Of a DNA stretch of 64,000 nt, positions 9,022 through 17,508 are shown in pieces. Under the pieces are notes generated by a model. It saw nothing but the letters and a program-made list of their open reading frames with translations. It was not told where the DNA came from and searched no databases. Numbering within the stretch: position 1 is the first letter of the stretch; the number at the start of each line of letters is the position of its first letter. Made by a program: the position numbers and the translations under genes. The stretch is from an uncultured Actinomycetota bacterium (lineage in GTDB: Bacteria > Actinomycetota > Actinomycetes > Mycobacteriales > Pseudonocardiaceae), in NCBI GenBank assembly GCA_963822335.1, contig CAWGHE010000007.1, positions 741,464 through 805,463 on the forward strand. Direction: 5' to 3'.

Positions 9022-9170
9022 GAACGTTCCGCTCAATGCTCGGTCCGGATCGGGCGGAACGTTGTGGTGGTCGGTGCCGGCGTCGGACGTTCCGCTCGAT
9101 CCTGGGCGCGCTGGTCGCGGCTGGAACGTCACTGGCGGTGGTGGCGCGGGACGTGTAGCTCGATCGACGG
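9022..9170. repeat. About 2.3 degenerate tandem copies of a ~64-nt unit in a convergent intergenic region
   Basis: GAACGTTCCGCTCAATGCTCGG...GGAACGTTGTGGTGGTCGG (9022-9085) is followed by GGACGTTCCGCTCGATCCTGGG...GGAACGTCACTGGCGGTGGTGG (9086-9150) and a partial third copy, GACGTGTAGCTCGATCGACGG. Confidence 0.5.
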
Positions 9171-9263
9171 TCGCACGGTCATGCCGGCCCGCGGTGGCGA
9201 GGTGCCGGGTCTCTACGGCGGGTGGCGGCACTGGCCCGGCAGGCACGGTGCAGCCCGCGAGGG

Positions 9264-10346
9264 TCAGGTCGCCGGTCGCAGATCCGGCCGCACGGCGGCG
9301 AGCAGCTCGGCGAGCGATCGGTCGGCGGGATCCGCCTCGGCGAGCGACCCGCCCGGCCGGCGGGTCGACGCTCGGGGGGCGAATCCGGGGGGGCCGGTGC
9401 GGACGGCGCATCGCCCGGTCACCGTCCTGCCACCGTGCCGCGGCGACGCGTCGCCGCCGCCGTCGCGCCGCTCGCCGCCATCGGCCGAGGCGTCGGCAGG
9501 CAGGGCGGAGGACACCGGCGCGCGGTGGACCGGCCCTGGGGACGGGCCCTGAGGAGACGGGCCTGGGGAGGCCGGCGCGGACGAGAGCGACACGGAGGAC
9601 GCCGGCGGAGCAGCGCAGGAGCCCGTCGCACACGCCTTGGTCGGCGGACCGGTGGCGTCGTCGCCGAGCAGGTACGCACCCACCTCCTGCGGCCACAGCG
9701 CGACGAACTCCGCGCCGGCCTCGGTGAGCTCGTCGGCCGAGTGCATCCCCCAGGCCACGCCGATCACCCGGATCCCGACCTCGCGGGCGTCGCGGACGTC
9801 GCCTGCGGTGTCGGTGACCAGCACGGTGCTGGACGGGCCGGGGGACAGCCGGCGGTTGCCCTCGTCGTAGTCGGCGGCGCAGCGGCGGCCGAAGCCGCTG
9901 CCCGCGTCGTCGAGGAACGCGCGGATCGCGGCCCGCTTGTCCGGCGCGACGTCGCCGCCGAACACGTGCGCGAAGCAGTACGCGATGTCGTTGTCCACCA
10001 GCACGCGTCGCAGCACGGCCATCGCGTTCGAGGACATCACGGCGAGCGTGCACTCCGAGGCCAGCCGCCGGACGACGTCCCGCATGCCCGGTACGAGCGG
10101 CGGCGAGTAGTCGCGGCGCAGCAGCGTCAGGAACTCCTGTTTGACCTCCTCGGCGTGCGCGTCGTCGCGGCAGCGCTCGGCCAGCGAGGCGAAGATGTTG
10201 CCGCGGAACAGCGCGAAGAACTCCTCCGGGGAGTCCACACCCAGCCCGTGCCGCCGGTTGACCTGCTCGAAGATCTCCCAGGACGCGATCCGGGTCTGGA
10301 CCAGCGTGCCGTCGAGATCGAAGACGACCGCACGCGTCGGATCCAT
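9264..10346 (-). CDS. HAD-superfamily hydrolase (phosphoglycolate-phosphatase-like) with a ~130-aa Pro/Ser/Ala-rich C-terminal tail
   Basis: Start ATG (complement 10344-10346) within ORF 9264..11285(-). MDPTRAVVFDLDGTLVQT (motif I DxDGT), AVMSSN (motif II), VLVTDTAGDVRDA (motif IV). The start overlaps the stop of the upstream gene (TGATG). Confidence 0.75.
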   Translation of the reverse strand: MDPTRAVVFDLDGTLVQTRIASWEIFEQVNRRHGLGVDSPEEFFALFRGNIFASLAERCRDDAHAEEVKQEFLTLLRRDYSPPLVPGMRDVVRRLASECTLAVMSSNAMAVLRRVLVDNDIAYCFAHVFGGDVAPDKRAAIRAFLDDAGSGFGRRCAADYDEGNRRLSPGPSSTVLVTDTAGDVRDAREVGIRVIGVAWGMHSADELTEAGAEFVALWPQEVGAYLLGDDATGPPTKACATGSCAAPPASSVSLSSAPASPGPSPQGPSPGPVHRAPVSSALPADASADGGERRDGGGDASPRHGGRTVTGRCAVRTGPPGFAPRASTRRPGGSLAEADPADRSLAELLAAVRPDLRPAT

Positions 10347-11338
10347 CACCCGAGCACGGCGTCCCAGATGGCGCCGAGCTCGCCGAGGCCGATGAAGTCC
10401 ATGCACTCGCCGAACCCGGTCCTCCCGTCCAGCGTCCAGCGGTGCAGGCAGTTGTGCCCGACGACGCCGGGCTGGGACTGCCACGGGAACGTGGTCAGGG
10501 CGTTGCCCTCCAGCTCGAACACGGTGTCCCGGGAGTCGGTGACCCGCACCCGGATCCGTTCCGGGTAGAGGCCCTTGCGGTCGGTGACGCCCTCGCCGGC
10601 CTTGAGCCCGTACAGCTGCCCGCCGTCGAGCACGTAGCCGTGCGTGAGGGACAGCGTCGTCGGCGCGTCCGGCCCGTTCTCCGGCTTGTAGTCGAACAGC
10701 CCGTGGAACACCGTCCCGTCCGGGAAGTGCGCGTGCATCCAGGACAGCCGCGACACCTGGCGTTCGGCCCGCACGCCCCAGCTGTGGTCCATCGTGGAGA
10801 TGCAGTCGATCGTCTCGGTCCGGCCGCGGATCGAGATCTCGCCCTCGAACCGTCCACTCTGGTCGAAGTGGCCGGCGTAGGCGTGCCCCCACGTCTTCGC
10901 CATGTCCTTGCCGGCGGCCATCGGGTCCTGGTCCGGGTCGTTGATGTCGTAGGCGTCGTGCAGCGCCGTGTAGCGGAAATGCAGCTCCAGCCCGGCCGCC
11001 GGGTCGGAGTAGTCGACGTCCCATACCCGGTTCGGGTCGCTGCAGTGCACCTTCAGTCCGTTCGCCAGCTCGTAGGAGACCAGGTTCGACGGCTGCGGCA
11101 CGACCAGGTGCTCCCAGGAGTCCCAGTACTCCGCCGCCCACGGCTCGCGCACGCGCCGGCTGTTCACCGAGACCGTCGATCCGACCACGCCGAGCGGCTC
11201 GCGGAACAGGCCGTACACGCCGACGTTCAGCGGGGCGGGACCGTCCTGGCCGGCGTAGAGGCCGAAGTAGTTGGTCTCCGCCCACAGCGGGTCGTCGCTG
11301 GTGGGGGCGTGGAACTGGGCGTCCTCGTCACGGATCAC
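10346..11338 (-). CDS. Conserved-looking hypothetical protein, 330 aa, unknown function
   Basis: GTG (complement 11336-11338) is preceded by GAGGAGGA at 5-nt spacing. VIRDEDAQFHAPTSDDPLWAETNYFGLYAG...STMDHSWGVRAERQ...HNCLHRWTLDGRTGFGECMDFIGLG. High GC3. Coupled to the HAD gene. Confidence 0.65.
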   Translation of the reverse strand: MIRDEDAQFHAPTSDDPLWAETNYFGLYAGQDGPAPLNVGVYGLFREPLGVVGSTVSVNSRRVREPWAAEYWDSWEHLVVPQPSNLVSYELANGLKVHCSDPNRVWDVDYSDPAAGLELHFRYTALHDAYDINDPDQDPMAAGKDMAKTWGHAYAGHFDQSGRFEGEISIRGRTETIDCISTMDHSWGVRAERQVSRLSWMHAHFPDGTVFHGLFDYKPENGPDAPTTLSLTHGYVLDGGQLYGLKAGEGVTDRKGLYPERIRVRVTDSRDTVFELEGNALTTFPWQSQPGVVGHNCLHRWTLDGRTGFGECMDFIGLGELGAIWDAVLG

Positions 11339-11432
11339 CGGGGTCCTCCTCGCGAGCGGCGGTGCGGGGCCTGGCGGACCGGCCCGCGCATCACCCTGCC
11401 CGCCGCCGGGGGGCGTGAACCAGCACACATCC

Positions 11433-11459
11433 GGACAGCGACCGGGCACGACGTTGTCC
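11433..11459. promoter_or_regulatory. Inverted repeat GGACAG-N15-TTGTCC in the divergent promoter region between the orphan/HAD operon and the BMC operon
   Basis: GGACAGCGACCGGGCACGACGTTGTCC. Same half-sites and same 27-nt span as 3665-3691. It lies about 90 nt upstream of the BMC-P start and about 108 nt upstream of the divergent gene start. Confidence 0.5.
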
Positions 11460-11536
11460 CGGCGGGATAAAGCCTCCGCCCGGCGCCCGCTCCTAGCGTG
11501 CTCGTCGAGCCCGACGGGTGTGGGAGGTGACCGGAC

Positions 11537-11836
11537 GTGCAGCTGGCAACGGTGCTCGGCCAGGTCGTCTCCACGGTCAAGGAGCCGGGGCTCGGCCGGT
11601 TCACGCTGCTGCTCGTGCGGGACACCGCCGACGGCGTCCCGGATTCCGACGACGACGGCGGGCCGGGATACGTGGCCGTCGACCTCGTCGGGGCCGGCGT
11701 CGGAGAGGTCGTGCTCGTCGCGTCCGGCGGCGCCGCGCGCGTCGCGGCCGGGGCGGACGCCCCGACCGACCGCGCCGTCGTCGCGATCGCCGACACCGTG
11801 ATCCGGACCGGCACGGTCACCTACCGCAAGACCTGA
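11537..11836 (+). CDS. BMC-P pentameric vertex shell protein (EutN/CcmL/PduN family)
   Basis: RBS GGGAGG (11522-11527) plus GTG at 11537. MQLATVLGQVVSTVKEPGLGRFTLLLVR...YVAVDLVGAGVGEVVLVASGGAAR...AVVAIADTV matches the EutN/CcmL pattern. Confidence 0.9.
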   Translation: MQLATVLGQVVSTVKEPGLGRFTLLLVRDTADGVPDSDDDGGPGYVAVDLVGAGVGEVVLVASGGAARVAAGADAPTDRAVVAIADTVIRTGTVTYRKT

Positions 11837-11851
11837 ACGAGGGAGGACGAC

Positions 11852-12190
11852 ATGGCTGCGACGCCGGGCGGTGCGCCCGCGACGGCGGCCCCCGCGGCAC
11901 CCGTGCTGCGCGGGGCGCTGGGGCTGATCGAGACGAAGGGGCTGGTCGGCGCGATCGAGGCCGCGGACGCGATGGTCAAGGCCGCGAACGTCCAGATCCT
12001 CGGCCACCGGGAGATCGGTGGCGGCCTGGTCACGGTCATGGTGCGTGGCGACGTCGGTGCCGTGAAGGCGGCGACCGACGCGGGCGCCGTCGCCGCGGGC
12101 AACGCAGGCGAGGTCGTCTCCGTGCACGTCATCCCGCGCCCGCACGACGAGACGGAGAGCATCCTCGCGGTCCTCACCCGCCCGAAGTGA
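11852..12190 (+). CDS. BMC-H hexameric shell protein (Pfam00936 type) with a 22-aa Ala/Pro-rich N-terminal extension
   Basis: RBS GGGAGGA plus ATG at 11852. [57 protein letters not shown]...[11 protein letters not shown] is the canonical PduA/EutM/CcmK-like sequence. Confidence 0.92.
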   Translation: MAATPGGAPATAAPAAPVLRGALGLIETKGLVGAIEAADAMVKAANVQILGHREIGGGLVTVMVRGDVGAVKAATDAGAVAAGNAGEVVSVHVIPRPHDETESILAVLTRPK

Positions 12191-13577
12191 TGAGCACCCT
12201 CGACGAGGACCTGGCGTCGCTCGCCGAGGTCCGCCGCAAGGCTCGCGCGGCCCGCCGGGCGTTCGAGGCGGCCGACGGCGCCGACCAGGAGACCCTGGAC
12301 GGCTGGGTGCGCGCGATGGCGCTGGCCGGGACGAAGGCGGCCGAGGAGCTGGCCCGGCTCGCCGCGGACGAGACCGGCTACGGCGTCTACGAGCACAAGA
12401 TCTACAAGAACCGCTACAACACCGGGTTCGTCGCGCGCTGGATGCTCGAGCGGCGCGCGGTCGGTGTGCTGTGGGTCGACGAGGGGTCCCGGGTCACCGC
12501 CGTCGGCACGCCGATGGGGGTGATCGCCGGGATCATCCCGGTGACGAACCCGACGTCGACGGCGCTGTTCAAGAGCCTGGCCGCGGTGAAGTCCGGGAAC
12601 GCGATCGTGCACGCCCCGCACCCGCGGGCCGCGGCGTGCACGCACCGTGCGGCCGAGGTGATGGCCGAGGCCGCGACGAAGGCCGGTGCCCCGGAGGGCC
12701 TGGTCTCCTGCCTGGAGAGCCCGACGCTGCCGGCGACGGCGGAGCTGATGAGCCGCCCGGAGATCGCGCTCGTGCTCGCCACCGGCGGGCCGGGCATGGT
12801 GCGGGCCGCCTACTCCAGTCCGGGAAGCCGACGATCGCGGTCGGTGCCGGCAACGTCCCGGCCTACGTCGGCCGGAGCGTGCCGGACGCGGCCGAGGCCG
12901 CCGAAATGATCATCACGTCGAAGTCGTTCGACAACGGGACGGCGTGCGTGGCCGAGCAGTCGGTCGTCGTCGTCGAGGCGGTGGCGCACGAGTTCCTGGC
13001 GGCGTTCGAGTCCCGCGGCGCCTACTGGTGCAACGCCGCCCAGCAGGATGCGCTCGTCCGCGTGCTGTTCGACGAGCGCGGCGGGCTGCGCCCGGACGCC
13101 GTGGGCCAGACCGCGATCCGGCTGGCCGAGCTGGCCGGGTTCACCGTGCCGTCGACCACCCGGGTGCTCGCCGCCGAGCTGGACTCCGTCGGCCGGGGCA
13201 CCCCGCTGTCCCGCGAGATCCTCGGGCCGGTGCTGTCGGTCTACCGGGTCCGCGACGCCGATGCCGGCTACCGGCGCTGCCGGGAGATCCTGGCGCTCGA
13301 CGGCGAGGGGCACACGACGGCCGTGCACGCGTCCGACCCGGCGGAGATCGCCCGGTTCGGGCTCCTGCCGGCCGGCCGGATCGTGATCAACACGCCCGCG
13401 CTGTTCGGCGGCATGGGCTACTCCACCGACGTCGACCCGTCGTTCCAGCTCGGCACGGGAACCTGGAGCGGCTCGATCTGCTCGGACAACGTCACTCCGC
13501 TGCACTTGATCAACATCAAGCGGATCGCGCACGAGGTCCGCCCGTGGCGCAGCGTCTACGACACGGTCGAGCTGTAG
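12190..13577 (+). CDS. CoA-acylating aldehyde dehydrogenase (PduP/EutE-like); frame broken near 12817-12822
   Basis: The ATG overlaps the BMC-H stop (TGATG at 12188-12192). VGTPMGVIAGIIPVTNPTST, LATGGPGMVRAAYSS then (frame change) GKPTIAVGAGNVP, catalytic-Cys motif SFDNGTACVAEQS, HTTAVHASD. The two halves are ORFs 11518..12909 and 12471..13577. Confidence 0.88.
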
Positions 13578-13579
13578 TC

Positions 13580-14468
13580 GTGGCCACCGTGATCAGCGAT
13601 CCGGCAGCGCAGGCGGACAGATCTGTCCGCCGGCACTGCCGAACGGACGATCATCGAGGCGTGGCGCGGCTGCTCGGGGCCGGCGCGGCCGTGCTGTCCG
13701 GGACGTCGGTCCCCGGCAGCGCGGTCCGGACCCCGGTCCGGGTCGGCGTGGACCTGGGCACGGCCAGCTGCGTGCTCGTCGTGCTGGACGCCGCGGGCGA
13801 GCCGGTGTGGGTGGACGCGCATCCGTCCGGGGCGCTGGCCGACGGCGTGGTCGTCGACTTCGCCCGGGCGATCGCCACCGTGCGGGCGTTGAAGCAGCGT
13901 GCCGTCACGGCCCTCGGGACGGACGACTTTCCCCACGTGGCCACCGCCTACCCGCCGTGCATCCCGGTCGCCGACGCGCGGGCCTGCGCCTACGTGTGTG
14001 AGGCGGCCGGTTTCGGCGAGGTCGCGCTCGTCGACGAGGTGAGCGCCGCGCAGGCCGTCCTGGCGATCGACGACGGCGTCGTCGTCGACGTCGGAGGTGG
14101 TTCCACCGGGGTCGGGGTGTTCGTCGGCGGCGAGCTGGTCGCGCTGGACGACCGCGCCGGCGGCGGTCACCACCTGGACCTGGTGCTGGCCGGGGCGCTC
14201 GGCATCGGCGTCGCGGACGCGGAGCCGCGCAAACGCGAGCACCCCGACGAGTGCCTGCCGATCCTCGTCCCGGGGCTGCAGCGGATCGCCGAGTCGGTGC
14301 GCGCGATGACGACCGACCACCCCGGCCTGCCGCTGCACCTGGCCGGCGGAGCACTGATGATGCCCGGCGCGGACCGGGTGCTCGCCGACCTACCTGGAGC
14401 GATCTGTCGTGACCTACCCGCACGCCCTGCTGATCACGCCGCTCGGGATCGCGGGGTGCGCGACGTGA
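13580..14468 (+). CDS. EutJ-like actin/Hsp70-fold ATPase (BMC-associated chaperone-like protein); frame broken near 14387-14391
   Basis: VGVDLGTASCVLVVLD, VDVGGGSTGVGVF, AGGGHHLDLVLAG. After an extra C near 14389 the +1 frame gives YLERSVVTYPHALLITPLGIAGCAT-stop (TGA 14466-14468), the typical EutJ C-terminus. The start (GTG 13580 or 13589) is uncertain. Confidence 0.75.
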
Positions 14469-15094
14469 GCACGCCGACCCTGCGCACCTACGCGTTCATC
14501 GACCGGATGCAGCCGCAGTGCGCGGCGCACATCGCGGCGACCAGCCCGGGCGACGTGCCGCTCGCCGGCATGGCCGAGCTCTACATCGAGATGGCCCCGG
14601 GCAACGAGGTGTTCCGCGCTGCGGACATCGCGCTCAAGGCGGCCGGCGTGCGCCCGGCGTTGCAGATCATCGAGCGCGAGTTCGGGCTGCTGGAGATCCA
14701 CTCCGAGCAGCAGGCGGAGGTGCTGGCCTCCGGGGAGGCGGTGCTCGCCGAGCTGGGGATGTCCGAGTCCGACCGGATCCGCCCGTCGATCGCGTCGACG
14801 CAGTTCATCACGAACGTGCACCCGTACCAGGCGCAGCTGCTCAACAAGTGGCGCAAGGGATCCATGCTGATGCCCGGGCAGAGCCTGTTCGTCATGGAGG
14901 TCGCGCCCGCGGCCTACATCTCGATCGCCGCGAACGAGGCGGAGAAGGCCGCGGACATCACCGTGATCGAGCTGCGCGCGGTCGGCCGGTTCGGGCGGAT
15001 GTTCCTGTCCGGCACCGAGAGCGACGTGCAGGCCGCGCGGGACGCCGCCGTCGCCGCGCTGGAGGCCATCGACGGGCAGGAGCCGGGCCGATGA
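14465..15094 (+). CDS. BMC-T tandem-domain (pseudohexameric) shell protein, 209 aa
   Basis: The GTG overlaps the EutJ stop (GTGA at 14465-14468). Two BMC-like halves: LRTYAFIDRMQPQ...EVFRAADIALKAAGV...LLEIHSE and TQFITNVHP...AAYISIAANEAEKAADITVIELRAVGRFGRMFLSG. The ORF track fuses it with EutJ in the 716-aa ORF 12944..15094. Confidence 0.75.
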   Translation: MSTPTLRTYAFIDRMQPQCAAHIAATSPGDVPLAGMAELYIEMAPGNEVFRAADIALKAAGVRPALQIIEREFGLLEIHSEQQAEVLASGEAVLAELGMSESDRIRPSIASTQFITNVHPYQAQLLNKWRKGSMLMPGQSLFVMEVAPAAYISIAANEAEKAADITVIELRAVGRFGRMFLSGTESDVQAARDAAVAALEAIDGQEPGR

Positions 15095-16447
15095 CCGTCT
15101 GGTCGGTCGCCGACGTCGAGGCTGCTGCGGCGGGGTCGCGCACCGTGCACGTCAGTGCCCGGGACGTCGTCACCCCGCTGGCCCGGGAACGCGCCCGCGA
15201 GCTGGACGTGACCATCGATGTCGTCGACGGGGCCGCGACCGTGCCCGGGGCCGCGCGGCGCAACAGTGCCGCGCGAGCGGAGCGCTCGTCCGGCGTGCCG
15301 GCGGGCCTCGGCGGTGCGCGGCACTCCGGTCCGGGTGCACGAGCGGAGCGCTCGTCCAACGGGGCCGTGCGAGCGGAGCGCTCGTCCAACGGGGCCGCGC
15401 GGGCGAGCCGCTCGTCCGACCCGAGTGTGGCTCCACCACCGGTGCGACCCCCGTCCGGCGCTCTGTTCCGCCGCGGCGCCCCCCTCCCGGCCGGGCTCGG
15501 GGTGGTGCGAGCGGGGCGGACCGGCCGCGTGGCCGTCGTCGGCGCCGGACACGTCGGCATGATCACCGCGATGCGGCTGGCCGAGGCCGACGTGTTCGAC
15601 GAGGTCGTGCTCGTCGACATCGACGCCGGGCGCGCGGCCGGCGTCGCGCTGGACCTGACGCACACGGCGCCGCTCGCCGGGTTCGCCACCCGGGTGCGCG
15701 GCGTCGGCACCGTGGAGGGGGCGGGCTCCTGCGACTATGCCGTGATCACCGCCGGTCGCCCGCGGCAGCCCGGGATGAGCCGCAGCGACCTGATCGGCAC
15801 GAACGCCGCGATCGTCGGGGACGTCGCGTCCACGCTGGCCGCGACGTCGCCGCACGTCGTCCTCGTCGTCGTGACGAACCCGCTGGACGAGATGACCCAC
15901 CACGCGTGGCGGGCGTCCGGGCTGCCCGCCGAGCCGGGTGATCGGGATGGCCGGGGTGCTGGACACGGCCCGCTTCCAGGCGCTGGCGTCGCTGACCGGG
16001 GCGGTGCGGGCCGACCGGATCGACGCCGTCGCGCTCGGCAGCCACGGCGAGGAGATGGTCGTCCCGCTCTCGCAGGCCGCGGCGGGCGGGCGCCCGCTCG
16101 CCGAGACCGTCGACGGGTTGGACGCGATCGTCGACCGGACCCGCGGCTCCGGCGCCGAGGTCGTCGGGCTGCTGTCGTCCGGGAGCGCGTTCCTGGCGCC
16201 CGGCATGTCCGCGGCGCGGATGGTGCTGGCGATGGCCGCGGACTCCGGCGAGACGATGCCGGCCGCCGTGCTCGCCGACGGGCAGTACGGTATTCGCGAC
16301 GTCTACATCGGACTGCCGGTACGGCTCGGGCGCGACGGCGTCCGCGAGATCGTCGAGATCTCGCTGGCCCCCGACGAGCTCGCCGCCCTGCGCACCGCCG
16401 CCGACCGCATCGCCGAGCGGCTCGCCGACCTCGCTCCGGCCCGGTGA
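15091..16447 (+). CDS. LDH-like malate dehydrogenase-type enzyme with a ~140-aa N-terminal extension; frame broken near 15934-15937
   Basis: The ATG overlaps the BMC-T stop (ATGA at 15091-15094). Dehydrogenase core: VAVVGAGHVGMITAMRLA, ITAGRPRQPGMSRSDL (Arg at the MDH-specificity position), VVTNPLDEMTH, then after an extra C VIGMAGVLDTARF and LGSHGEEMVVPLS. N-terminus: MTVWSVADVEAAAAG...SARDVVTPLARERARELDVTIDVV plus a repeat linker. Confidence 0.8.
15271..15420 (+). repeat. Short in-frame tandem repeats (ARAERSS(N)G units) forming the low-complexity linker of the MDH N-terminal extension
   Basis: GAGCGGAGCGCTCGTCC occurs at 15275-15291, 15341-15357 and 15371-15387, with a degenerate copy at 15401-15417. 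It encodes ARAERSSG...ARAERSSNGAVRAERSSNGAARASRSS. Confidence 0.7.
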
Positions 16448-16451
16448 CCCG

Positions 16452-17487
16452 GTGCGGGCCGTGCTGTACGCCGGTGACGGGCGGGTGAGCGTGGAGCCCG
16501 TCACCGAGCCGGAGATCGCGGAGCCGACGGACGCGATCGTCCGCGTCCGCCGGGCCGCCGTCTGCGGCACCGACCTGCATGCCGTCGCCCACCCGGACGG
16601 GCTGCCCCGCGGCACGATCCTCGGGCACGAGTTCGTAGGCGAGATCGTCGAGACCGGGCCCGCGGTCGTCGGGCACCGGGTCGGCGACGTCGTCGTCGGC
16701 GCGGACTACACGGCCTGCGGGCGGTGCTGGTGGTGCCGGCGCGGTGATCACTGGGAGTGCGCCGAGCGCCGCTTCTTCGGCACCGGGACCGCGTTCGGGC
16801 CTGCGCTGGCCGGATCACAGGCCGAACTGGTGCGCGTGCCGCACGCGGACACCGTGCTCGTGGGCGTGCCCGATGACGTCGACCTGGACACGGCCGTGTT
16901 CCTCGGGCGACACGCTCGCCACCGGGTACGCCGCCGTGCAGCGTGCGGGGCTGCGGCCCGGGGACACGCTCGCCGTCGTGGGTGGCGGTCCGGTCGGTCA
17001 GCTGGTCAGCCTCGCCGCGCAGGCGCTCGGTGCCGGCGTCGTGGTGCTGGTGGAGCCGGTCGATGCCCGGCGGACGCTGGCCGCGGCGGAGGGTGCTGTC
17101 GTCGCGGACCCGGACCGGAGCCGCGACGTCGTCGACCGGGTGACCGACGCCCGCGGCGCCGACGCCGTCGTCGACGCGATCGGCGGCCCGGCCGGACTGG
17201 ACACGGCGTTCGGACTGGTCCGCCGGCGGGGCACGGTCGTGTCGGTCGGCGTGCACACCGCCGCGGAGTGGCCGCTGCCGGTCGCTCGGGCGTTCGCGGA
17301 GGAGCTGACGGTGCGGTTCGCGGTCGGCGACCTGATGCGCGATGCCCCTGATCTGGTCGGTCTCGTCCGTTCGGGTGCGATCGACCCGGCGGTCGTCGCA
17401 TCGGAGCGGATCGGTCTGGACGAGGCGCCCGAGGCATATCGGAAGATGGCCGAGCGCCATACCCTCAAGTCACTGCTCGTGATCTGA
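16452..17487 (+). CDS. Zn-dependent alcohol dehydrogenase (MDR family); frame broken near 16905-16907
   Basis: GTG at 16452. AAVCGTDLH, GHEFVGEIVETG, structural-Zn CGRCWWCRRGDHWEC. After an extra G in the GGG run the frame continues as GDTLATGYAAVQRAG...VVGGGPVGQL...HTLKSLLVI. The halves are ORFs 16452..17351 and 16744..17487. Confidence 0.85.
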
Positions 17488-17508
17488 CCAGCACGAGAGA
17501 GGTAAGCG

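Noticed and set aside
9264-9650. The Pro/Ser/Ala-rich tail of the HAD protein, considered as a separate gene or the result of another frameshift.
   Set aside because: The frame stays open with high GC3 and there are no nearby stops in the other frames to suggest a shorter native C-terminus. I cannot distinguish a genuine disordered tail from an undetected indel, so I kept it as one CDS.
12944-15094. The 716-aa ORF, which could be read as a giant AldDH-EutJ-BMC fusion protein.
   Set aside because: Motif order shows three separate genes: the AldDH C-terminus in another frame, EutJ-like, and BMC-T. The EutJ C-terminus and its TGA (14466-14468) are recovered by a one-base frame correction near 14389, and BMC-T has its own GTG at 14465. 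The long ORF is a read-through artefact.
15271-15420. Short tandem repeats here and at 37396-37623, considered as possible CRISPR arrays.
   Set aside because: The units are contiguous with no unique spacers, stay in frame within coding sequence, are far from any cas genes, and lack CRISPR-like repeat length and spacing.
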